Shown here one piece after another: positions 49,140-57,605 of a stretch of 64,000 nt of DNA. The notes under the pieces are model-generated. The model had not been told where the DNA came from and did not search any database. It saw only the letters and a list, made by a program, of their open reading frames with translations. The stretch lies in IMG/VR virus record IMGVR_UViG_3300031951_000033. The stretch is one strand, 5' to 3'. Each line of letters begins with the position of its first letter. The stretch's first letter is position 1. The position numbers and the translations under genes are program-made. Origin of the DNA: an uncultured virus (IMG/VR IMGVR_UViG_3300031951_000033). Taxonomy: Duplodnaviria; Heunggongvirae; Uroviricota; Caudoviricetes.

Positions 49140-50663
49140 GTGCCAACCGCCGTAAGTAAAAGACAGTACCGAATGATGATGGCGATACTCCACGGTAAGA
49201 ACGTCGACCAAGGACCTCGCGGTCGTCCTCCTGCCTCTGTTGCCGCTAAATACACTGACCCAGGTAAAGATGCGCCCGAGCAGTCCGGACAAAACCGCGG
49301 CGGCAAATGGACAGAAGCCCACCACGCTAAGGCAAAGAAAAAATCCAAAGAAGAGCGCACTGAGAAGAAGAAACATAAGGCTCATCTCAAGAAGGCGTTT
49401 GAAGAGTTCTACAAGGGACAGGGTGTCGGCGTTATCGTGCTCGATCCGCAGAACCGTATCTTGATGGGCAAGATGGTCGGCTCTAACAAGCTCGGCACTC
49501 CCGGCGGACACGTTGACGAGAACGAGACACACGCTCTTGCTGCGCTTAGAGAGTTGCAAGAAGAGACCGGTCTCATCGGCTCTAATCCCATAGAGGTTCA
49601 TGCCGGCCACAGCAACGGCAACGCCACTAAGACTTTTATCGTAGAGAACTATCGCGGCAAACCTAAGAACACCGAAGAGATGAAAGACTTCAGGTGGGTC
49701 AGCGCTAACGAGATAGAGTGGGATAAGATAAGAGATTGTTGCGTTGAACCGTTGAAGGCGTTCATCGAGAACAAGCTGGGTAAATCCCTCGCTGGCATGA
49801 TTGCCCTAGAGAATCTCCAGAAGAACATCATTCGCCAGCGCGGAGACGCCGTGCTTGAAGTTACTCACGGTGACGCTCTAAAGCTGGTTGGCAACGGCAT
49901 GTTCCGCAAACTGCGTGAAGCGGTAAAGGACATGAAGGATGAGGGTTTTAAAGACTTTCACATAGACACCTATACAGTTAGCATCCGCAAGCACATGAAC
50001 GACATCTACTCTGGTCGCGTCTCTGACGGACATAAGATAGTTTATCAGTTCACAAATAAGTCTCTTCCTGAACTCACTGTTGCGCTGATGAGTGTTTTCG
50101 AGTGGTACATGCCAGAAGACGAGAAGGAACTAGAGCTTCTTGACGAAGGTAAACTTTCTGATGATGCGATCAGCGGTGGACTTAACGAGATCATGGCGAA
50201 CTACAAGCGCCACAATATCGGAAATATCTACGAGGAGATGGAGAACATTCGCGAGCAGATTCGCAACGGTAATGCTGTAGATCTCCAGCAGGTAGAAGCA
50301 AGAATAACTAAACTTTTTGACAAGCTCGAAGAAGCCGTACATGAAGTTGTCGGTAAGCATAATTCATTCACAAAAGAAGTTGATAAAGAGCTGTCTGAGC
50401 TTGAGGCAAAACTTAGAGAGTTGCAGGTAAAGATAGACGAGCTAGAGAAAAAGCCTCAGACAGTGGAAGCATATTCTTCTGAACCCGCCAATAAAGAAGA
50501 AGTGTTGGAGAATTATTCGTATCTTTCTAGGCCGCAAGTACAGATCATGCCTAGCGGCAAGATAATAATATCTTTTGGCGGCGACTGGCAGCACTTGGAG
50601 AAAGAAAACTTCCTCACAGACATGAAAGCCAAGGTGATCAAGAAGTCGAAAAACAAGGGGTAA
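49140..50663 (+). CDS. Nudix hydrolase-domain virion protein with coiled coil
   Basis: Nudix box GGHVDENETHALAALRELQEETGL. Confidence 0.8.
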   Translation: MPTAVSKRQYRMMMAILHGKNVDQGPRGRPPASVAAKYTDPGKDAPEQSGQNRGGKWTEAHHAKAKKKSKEERTEKKKHKAHLKKAFEEFYKGQGVGVIVLDPQNRILMGKMVGSNKLGTPGGHVDENETHALAALRELQEETGLIGSNPIEVHAGHSNGNATKTFIVENYRGKPKNTEEMKDFRWVSANEIEWDKIRDCCVEPLKAFIENKLGKSLAGMIALENLQKNIIRQRGDAVLEVTHGDALKLVGNGMFRKLREAVKDMKDEGFKDFHIDTYTVSIRKHMNDIYSGRVSDGHKIVYQFTNKSLPELTVALMSVFEWYMPEDEKELELLDEGKLSDDAISGGLNEIMANYKRHNIGNIYEEMENIREQIRNGNAVDLQQVEARITKLFDKLEEAVHEVVGKHNSFTKEVDKELSELEAKLRELQVKIDELEKKPQTVEAYSSEPANKEEVLENYSYLSRPQVQIMPSGKIIISFGGDWQHLEKENFLTDMKAKVIKKSKNKG

Positions 50664-50665
50664 AC

Positions 50666-51319
50666 GTGATAAACCCCAAGTTTGAGCTTGATAGACTGCT
50701 TGAGACCTTAAGAGCCAGAGGAGTTTCTCATATCACTGCGGCTAGAGCAGTCGCCGAAGCAGAGCGCGAGATAAACGAAATATTGCAAGAGCGAGCTGAC
50801 GAGATAATGCAGCAAGCTATAAAATACGGCGTAGAAAAAGAGTCGCCAGAGTTTATCAATGAGCTGGTTCTTAGGCCTAACGACGGCATGTTCACGCTTG
50901 AGACAGACAGCTCAAGAACTGACTTCAGCGAACCTCCATTTCCTATGCTTCCTAGGCTGCTTGCAAATGCTAAGCCCATGAAAGATGGCAGCGGCGTTTA
51001 CAAGATTGTGCCTGTAGGCAAAAAGGGTCTTAAAAAGCCTATAACTAGCATAGTTGACGCCCATAAGGCGGTTGCTGCTCAAAGAAAGGCTGACGCTGCC
51101 GAAAGATACGCCAACGTGACAAAGAAAGTTAGCGAAAACGGCGGTAAAGTTAGCTTCAGGACTGCTACGTCTAAACAGGACGCTAGTACGCAGTGGGTGT
51201 TGCCCGCTACGGACAAGGATTTTACCGAAGAATTACAATCACTTAATGAAGAATTTAAGACTAGCGCCGAAGAGTCTATTCTTGGTATAATTCGAGAGTA
51301 CGAGGATAGGTATAGCTGA
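50666..51319 (+). CDS. neck / tail completion protein
   Basis: position in module; FRTATSKQ...WVLP. Confidence 0.5.
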   Translation: MINPKFELDRLLETLRARGVSHITAARAVAEAEREINEILQERADEIMQQAIKYGVEKESPEFINELVLRPNDGMFTLETDSSRTDFSEPPFPMLPRLLANAKPMKDGSGVYKIVPVGKKGLKKPITSIVDAHKAVAAQRKADAAERYANVTKKVSENGGKVSFRTATSKQDASTQWVLPATDKDFTEELQSLNEEFKTSAEESILGIIREYEDRYS

Positions 51320-52113
51320 TGTTTATAATGCCAGAGCTTGTAGTAAGAAAAGTTGTCGAGCACGGCATAGTTGAGCTCAGAAAAGATAAGCCAGCTTTCT
51401 ATAATCTGTTTAGGCAGTATGAGTTTGACGCCCTAAAAGAAGTATACGGACCAGACTACCTTGACGAGCTCTGGAAGTGGTTTTCTACTACCAAGATACC
51501 GGTTGTTCAAGCATGGTCGCTAAATCCTCAGCGTATACCGTGCGTGTCTGTCCACCTTGCTAACGAGACGGAAGACGAATCTAAGGCCGCTTTTAATGAC
51601 TTTTTTGGTGAAGATGAGCAAACGGTGATAAAAACTGGCGTATTTACTGCTATGGTAGACATAGGCGTCCATGCTAGCAGAGCCGGTGACCATGTCTTGT
51701 GGCTGTACTACATAGTTGCCTATATCCTCTTTAAGCACAAAGAGATGGCGGAGAGACTAGGATTAAGGTTGCACACGTTTAGCGCCTCTGACTACAATAA
51801 AGAGGCTCAAAAAATGGGAGAAAACATCTGGACTAGATGGATAAGGTTCAGATGCACTACTGAAAACTTCTTGGCCGCTGAGCCTCTGTTTACCCCAGAG
51901 GCGATCAACACCCGTCCTACGATGGGCATGGACCCAAGTCAAACTTGGAGCGTGTCCGCCACTAACGACGTAGACATATCCACTATAGATCTGAGCTCCA
52001 ATAAAGGGGTAGTCGCAGGCCGAGCTGGAGATGTCGACGGCTCAGATGATTTGCCGATACCCGGAGTAGGATCTATGCCGGGTGAGGTGGTACCGGTAAT
52101 AGAAGACGAATGA
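51319..52113 (+). CDS. tail terminator-like protein
   Basis: position upstream of sheath; P.VSVHL..E.E pattern. Confidence 0.5.
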   Translation: MFIMPELVVRKVVEHGIVELRKDKPAFYNLFRQYEFDALKEVYGPDYLDELWKWFSTTKIPVVQAWSLNPQRIPCVSVHLANETEDESKAAFNDFFGEDEQTVIKTGVFTAMVDIGVHASRAGDHVLWLYYIVAYILFKHKEMAERLGLRLHTFSASDYNKEAQKMGENIWTRWIRFRCTTENFLAAEPLFTPEAINTRPTMGMDPSQTWSVSATNDVDISTIDLSSNKGVVAGRAGDVDGSDDLPIPGVGSMPGEVVPVIEDE

Positions 52114-52159
52114 AGTTATTTAACCGCTTAAACAAGTTATTATCTAGTAAGGAGCTTAT

Positions 52160-52393
52160 ATGGCAGGCAAAGAAATGATGAAGCAGGTTGCTTCTAAGGT
52201 GGTAGAAGAAGTTGTTCAGCAACCGCAAAAAGTTGATTTTATTGTTTGGTGGGCGCTAAATGAGAAAAAGATACCGTCACATCATCACAAGGAAATCATA
52301 AAGGCTGATTTTAAGGCGCGAGGCTTATCCGACATGGAGTCCATGGAAGACTTCAGCGAAGCGTTAAAGAAGTACGGTCTGGATATCATCTAA
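52160..52393 (+). CDS. small pre-sheath protein
   Basis: AAGGAG SD, 77 aa. Confidence 0.6.
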   Translation: MAGKEMMKQVASKVVEEVVQQPQKVDFIVWWALNEKKIPSHHHKEIIKADFKARGLSDMESMEDFSEALKKYGLDII

Positions 52394-52450
52394 CAAAACC
52401 ACTGTGATACAATTAGTGTTGTAAATTTAATGAATTTTTAGGAGAAAGAC

Positions 52451-54646
52451 ATGGCAATCAACATCTCATTCAACGGCGCCACGATATACAAGCCCGGCGC
52501 GTACTCTAAGGTAAATATCGATCTTAGCGGCGGATTTCCTCTTAGTCCTACAGGACTAGTTGCTATATTCGGCGAATCCTCTGCCGGTGCTCCTGGCTCA
52601 GCTGTTCCAGATATCAGCAACAACGTCTTCTCGCCGGATCAACTTCCGGACATCATCTCGACGTATGGACAAGGTCCTATCGTTGACGCTGCGTTGTTCT
52701 TGTTCTCGCCTGGTGCTGACGGCGCGATTCCGAGCGGTGCTCAATCTCTGTATATCTACAAGACTAACGCATCTGTTCGCGCATCTCTCGCGCTCGCAAA
52801 CAGCTACGGAACTCTTACCTCCCTGGTGTACGGCGTATCTGGAAATCAGATCACTTACGCAAACACCCTTGTTCCTGCAACTCCTGCAAGCACTGTATCG
52901 TCTGCCACGTTCGACACTACCAACGCTTCAATACATAACACAACTCTTATTCTTAGAGTTCAAGGCGGTGCAAGCAATACGTTCACCACTCCAGTGTCTG
53001 TTACGACGCGAGCAACTCTCACTGCCGCACTTGCAGCAGGCGGCAACTGGTCCGGTGGCGTTCCGTCTGGCGTAACATTCACTGTCGGCGGTGCTACTGA
53101 CGCTGCCGCGACGCTCACGATCGCTCGTGATCTCGGTACCAACCCGCAAAGAAACGGGTACAGCAACAACTTCCAGCTTGTTTCTGGAACTTTGTTGACG
53201 TACGCGAATCTGACCGCAGCGCTGTACTCTTCTAGCACTGAAGATGCTGCTGCAATAGCTATTGTCAACAATAACTCTCTCATCACAGAGAGCGCAACGA
53301 TAGGCGGCAACATCGTTATGTCTTTCGGACGCAACGGTGGCACTAACCCGCAAGTCACGATCAACTCCTCTAACATCCTGTTGATCAATAACGCTGCAAC
53401 CGAGTACACGATCAGCTTGTCTAACTTTCCGACATTGTCTGCACTTGCTGCGTTTATCAACACGACTACTGGCGGCAACTGGGCGGTATCCGTAGGATCT
53501 GCTCTGTACGGGCAACTTGCTCCAAGCATACTTGATCAAGTTGCTAACTTGGGTGCAAACGGAAGTTTGACCATCCTTCCTGCTCAGATCAAGAAAGATA
53601 AGTACGACATCGTTGAGTTCTTCGCGAACTCTGCTAACGTGTCGTTGGCGGTATCTGCTACTGCTGGGCTTCCAGATGCTGCTACCACTGCTTATCTCTC
53701 TGGTGGAGCGCTTGGCGGCACCAGCTCAGCGTCGATCACTAACGCGCTTACTGCATTCCAGGGAGTCAGGGTTAACTCTATCGTGCCTCTGTTCTCTAGA
53801 AACGCTACTGCGGACATCACCGATGGACTAACTGATCCTAGCTCTACGTACACGATCAGCGCGATTCATCAAGCTGTTAAGACTCATCTCAGCTTGATGG
53901 CAACTGTCAAGAACAAGTCTGAGCGTCAGGGATATCTCTCACTGAAAGACACTTACGCTAACTGCAAGCTCCAGTCGCAGAATCTGGCTTCTGCTAGAAT
54001 TCAGCTGTGTATTCAGGACATCAAGCAGGCAAGCGCACAAGGCGTCATCAAGTGGTATCAGCCTTGGGTTGGATCTGCGCTTCTTGCCGGTGCTCGCGGC
54101 GGTTCTCCTGTAGGTCTTCCGATGACGTTCAAGTACTTTAACATGAACGGTATTCGTCAGACTGCACAAGCAATGACTACTGCTGACGCTAATATCGTAA
54201 ACGGCTTCAATCCTGCAACTCAGTACGATGACGCAATTGCTAACGGGATCACCTTCTGGGAAAATCCTCAGACCGGTGGATTCCGCCTTGTCGTGGACAA
54301 CACCACTTACGGCGTTGATCCTAACTGGGTGTACAACCGCGCTAACGTTCAGTATGCGGCAGACGTACTCGCTTACGACTTCCGCAACCAGCTTGAGAAT
54401 ATCTACGTTGGTCAGAAGAACAATATATCTGCGGCATCCGTTCAGGCGACATGTCAGTCTATACTCAACACGTATCTCGCGCAGGGAATCACTGTGAGCA
54501 CTGCTGACGCCCCTAACGGATACAAGCAGCTTGTAGTGCAGATCAACGGTAACGTTATCAACATCTCTGTTGTAGTGAAACTCGTTGAAGGTATCGACTT
54601 CGTACTCGCGAACATCACGCTCCAGCGTGCAACTTCGCAGGCATAA
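52451..54646 (+). CDS. tail sheath protein
   Basis: F.G..IY.PGAY N-terminus, G.S..G.P, DNTTY, L...YVG, IDFV; 731 aa. Confidence 0.9.
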   Translation: MAINISFNGATIYKPGAYSKVNIDLSGGFPLSPTGLVAIFGESSAGAPGSAVPDISNNVFSPDQLPDIISTYGQGPIVDAALFLFSPGADGAIPSGAQSLYIYKTNASVRASLALANSYGTLTSLVYGVSGNQITYANTLVPATPASTVSSATFDTTNASIHNTTLILRVQGGASNTFTTPVSVTTRATLTAALAAGGNWSGGVPSGVTFTVGGATDAAATLTIARDLGTNPQRNGYSNNFQLVSGTLLTYANLTAALYSSSTEDAAAIAIVNNNSLITESATIGGNIVMSFGRNGGTNPQVTINSSNILLINNAATEYTISLSNFPTLSALAAFINTTTGGNWAVSVGSALYGQLAPSILDQVANLGANGSLTILPAQIKKDKYDIVEFFANSANVSLAVSATAGLPDAATTAYLSGGALGGTSSASITNALTAFQGVRVNSIVPLFSRNATADITDGLTDPSSTYTISAIHQAVKTHLSLMATVKNKSERQGYLSLKDTYANCKLQSQNLASARIQLCIQDIKQASAQGVIKWYQPWVGSALLAGARGGSPVGLPMTFKYFNMNGIRQTAQAMTTADANIVNGFNPATQYDDAIANGITFWENPQTGGFRLVVDNTTYGVDPNWVYNRANVQYAADVLAYDFRNQLENIYVGQKNNISAASVQATCQSILNTYLAQGITVSTADAPNGYKQLVVQINGNVINISVVVKLVEGIDFVLANITLQRATSQA

Positions 54647-54653
54647 AAAGATT

Positions 54654-54686
54654 GAAGGCCTCACGTCGTTGGCGTGGGGCCTTCAT
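54654..54686 (+). terminator. hairpin / terminator after sheath
   Basis: TGAAGGCCTCACG-tcgttgg-CGTGGGGCCTTCA. Confidence 0.65.
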
Positions 54687-54787
54687 GTCTACAGAATTAA
54701 CCTTTTTCATGGTATTCTTAGATTAAGCCAATAACGGCCTAAAAAAAATGAAAGGTAACGGGCAACCGCAAGCCCAAAGGAAAGTAT

Positions 54788-55363
54788 ATGGCAACTCCAG
54801 GAATGATTCCTACATTCGTCACAGGTGCAAACGCACGAATCAAGGTTGACGGAATAACTTTTGCATACGCGCAAGACGTTTCTTACAGCATCGCTGTCGA
54901 CGTTATTCCCATCGAGACAATGGGACGATACGAAGCAGCTGCACAAGAGCCGGTTAACTACGCTGTCGGTGGCGATCTTGCTATCGTGCGTTACACCAAG
55001 GCAGCTATAACAAACGCTAACAACAACGGCACCGCTCCTAAGGGAACTAACGCAAACGGTAACGGTATCGGAAATGTTCAGGGCGGTCTTACTGGCCAGA
55101 ATATGTCTGGACACCTTAATCCTGGACAGATATTGCTGTCTAAAACATGGGACCTTGATGTGTTTCAGAAAAAACAAGATTCTAGCGGAAATATAAGCGT
55201 AGACGAGTCTATTATCAAAGTTAGGGACTGTCGCTTTACCCGCATGTCTGGCGGACTCAGCAAGCGCGGTATTCTGGTAGACAGGTTCAGTTTTGTTGGG
55301 ATTCTCGGTGGAGATGATAGCTTTGATGCTAGCAACTCTGGCGACGATGATCTCAGCATCTAA
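54788..55363 (+). CDS. tail tube protein
   Basis: follows sheath; FVTGANARIK...AYA..VSY......IETMG.YE...EPV.Y. Confidence 0.8.
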   Translation: MATPGMIPTFVTGANARIKVDGITFAYAQDVSYSIAVDVIPIETMGRYEAAAQEPVNYAVGGDLAIVRYTKAAITNANNNGTAPKGTNANGNGIGNVQGGLTGQNMSGHLNPGQILLSKTWDLDVFQKKQDSSGNISVDESIIKVRDCRFTRMSGGLSKRGILVDRFSFVGILGGDDSFDASNSGDDDLSI

Positions 55364-55454
55364 TTCAACTCGCACGCACATAAATGCAAAGGGCGGCAAA
55401 ATGTCGCCCTTTGCTATTTTAAATGTGCGGCTTATTTTGTGGTATTATTAGGCT

Positions 55455-56042
55455 ATGGCAGGACTAAGGCCCTTCTTTTTAACTGGAGCCAACGCTAAGA
55501 TCGTCATCAACGGAAAAACGCTGGCGTACTGTTCTGATTTTAGCTGTCAAGTGCAGGTCATGCATCAAACGCCAAAAGTGCTAGGTATGTACGAAGGTGT
55601 TAGCGTTGAGCCGCTCTCTTACAATGTTGCTGGCGGTTTTAATGTCATAAAGTACGTTAAAGGTGCGATCGACGCGACAGGTTCTTCTCCAAACGGCGTA
55701 GATGCTAACGGCGATGGAGTGGGTAACTGGGGAAACAGATGGGGCAACGGAGTATTAAGAAACCTTGGCGTGCCGTTTGCCGGCAATGACGGGCGCGCAG
55801 ACGAAGCCCTCGATCCTAGCAAATACTCGCAAGGAACATCGTTCGATATCGTTGTGTACCAGAAAACACCGTCTGGCGATATCGGCGTTTACAACATACG
55901 CAGTGCGAGAATAACAGCCATGTCGTTCAATGTCAGCAAGACATCGCCCGGCGTTGATACGTATCAGTTTGTTGCACTGTACGTTGATGGTGACAATTTT
56001 GTAGCTGATCCTTCAGGACAGGGACAAAACACATCCGTTTAA
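55455..56042 (+). CDS. tail tube paralog 2
   Basis: FLTGANAKI...AY........VLGMYE..SVEPL.Y. Confidence 0.7.
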   Translation: MAGLRPFFLTGANAKIVINGKTLAYCSDFSCQVQVMHQTPKVLGMYEGVSVEPLSYNVAGGFNVIKYVKGAIDATGSSPNGVDANGDGVGNWGNRWGNGVLRNLGVPFAGNDGRADEALDPSKYSQGTSFDIVVYQKTPSGDIGVYNIRSARITAMSFNVSKTSPGVDTYQFVALYVDGDNFVADPSGQGQNTSV

Positions 56043-56051
56043 GGAGATTAG

Positions 56052-56666
56052 ATGGCCACACCGGGCTTTAACAACAGAATAAATATCGCAAATAATCTTG
56101 TCACTCCGTTCAGCGGACTAACATCTTCTAGACCTAACGCTAAATTCATGAGCGGCGCTAGATGTGTGCTCAAGTTTAACGGCCAACTTGTGGGATTTGC
56201 ATTTGCTATATCTTGGTCGGTAAACACCTCATTTTCTGAGATAAACACTATAGATGATTATCTGCCGTCTGAGCTAGCTCCGCAGAGGATCTCAGTCGAA
56301 GGGACTCTGTCCGCGCTGCACGTTCCCGGCGTGAGCGCCACAACGCAGAACTGGCAAGCTGATATAAATAACTTTCTTTTTGCACCCTACATATCTATAG
56401 AGGCTAGAGATCAAACCACCAATCAGATCATCTTTGCGACGGACAAAGCCGTTGTCCTTAACAGAACAGAGAATGTAACGGTGGATCAGCTTTCCAGCAT
56501 GACTCTTAGGTGGCGTGCTATAGGATTCTTGGATGAAAAAGTTCCGTCTAGTCAGCCCGCTAATAATTTCGACAAGGCCAGTTTCGAAGCTAAGTTTCCG
56601 GCTTCAAGTCCGCAACCCGCAGCGGCGTCGCTTAATCCTAGCAATATTACAAACAATATAGCCTGA
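56052..56666 (+). CDS. tail tube paralog 3
   Basis: FMSGAR..LK.NG..VGFA..ISW......INTID...P.EL.P. Confidence 0.65.
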   Translation: MATPGFNNRINIANNLVTPFSGLTSSRPNAKFMSGARCVLKFNGQLVGFAFAISWSVNTSFSEINTIDDYLPSELAPQRISVEGTLSALHVPGVSATTQNWQADINNFLFAPYISIEARDQTTNQIIFATDKAVVLNRTENVTVDQLSSMTLRWRAIGFLDEKVPSSQPANNFDKASFEAKFPASSPQPAAASLNPSNITNNIA

Positions 56667-56724
56667 TCTGACTAATTCCAGCGCTTAATAAGCACCGAAG
56701 TATAATCCTGTAAAAGGAAAATAT

Positions 56725-57120
56725 ATGGAATTACCTAAAAATGAAGCGACTTTCAGCGTAGATGTTATCGGTGAAATTACCGGCAAACGGTACGACGGCG
56801 CATTTACAGTAAGATGCGTGCTCAACATGGGACAAAAACATGCGCTAGAGTTAGAGAAATCTAGGCTTGTTGGCAATAGCTCTATGCCAAGCGATACGCT
56901 TATAGGCATAGCAGTAATACTTTCTGGTTTAAGGTCTAAGGTCATCGATGGGCCTGAGTGGTGGAGACAGAGCGCGGGCGGCAGCAACATAATCGACGAC
57001 AATGTTCTACTTGAGGTTTTTGAAAAAACCGTTAACGCGGAGGCTGAATGGAAGAAGGCGGTGAAGGAAAAAGCGGACTCGCAGACGTCTACCAACAAGA
57101 CCTCTCAATCTTCGACCTAA
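56725..57120 (+). CDS. tail assembly chaperone (gpG-like)
   Basis: position between tube and tape measure; P.WW motif. Confidence 0.65.
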   Translation: MELPKNEATFSVDVIGEITGKRYDGAFTVRCVLNMGQKHALELEKSRLVGNSSMPSDTLIGIAVILSGLRSKVIDGPEWWRQSAGGSNIIDDNVLLEVFEKTVNAEAEWKKAVKEKADSQTSTNKTSQSST

Positions 57121-57575
57121 TAGACAGCATACGCAAAATAGCGGCCTCTAACGCCAGATCGGATCTTAATTCTGAGACTGATATCGCTCTTTTCTTGAAA
57201 AGCTGGTGGTCCGACTACTACAATAGACCGATGAAAGACCCTATCTTGCAGCAGTACACCCTAGAAGAGCTCCTATACGAGTTCTATGACAAAATAGAGC
57301 GCAAACAGGCAAGAGAGGAGCAAAAACTTAAAGAAGAAGAGCAGGTTGAGGTCAAAAAGGAAAGAGAAGCGCTTGACTGGGCTGAAAAAATGGAGAAAGA
57401 AGAGTTAGAAGCATCTAAGGCAGGCGACTCAACTTCTATAAAGAAGGACGCAGACAACGCTCAAAAAGATCCTACGAAAGACCCAGATAATATAAAGTGG
57501 ATGCAAGAGCAGATAGAACAGGCTAAGGCTGTATACGGTAATTCGTTCGGCGAAGACATAGATGTCAACTTCTGA
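57048..57575 (+). CDS. tail assembly chaperone second part (gpT-like)
   Basis: -1 frame overlap with the previous ORF; WW..YY..P..DP....YT.EEL. Confidence 0.6.
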   Translation: MEEGGEGKSGLADVYQQDLSIFDLIDSIRKIAASNARSDLNSETDIALFLKSWWSDYYNRPMKDPILQQYTLEELLYEFYDKIERKQAREEQKLKEEEQVEVKKEREALDWAEKMEKEELEASKAGDSTSIKKDADNAQKDPTKDPDNIKWMQEQIEQAKAVYGNSFGEDIDVNF

Positions 57576-57605
57576 CTATAAGACTTTATAGGATATAATG
57601 GTGTC

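Noticed and set aside
57015..57021. GGTTTTT as the chaperone slippery site
   Set aside because: The -1 frame has stops at 57021 and 57033 immediately downstream
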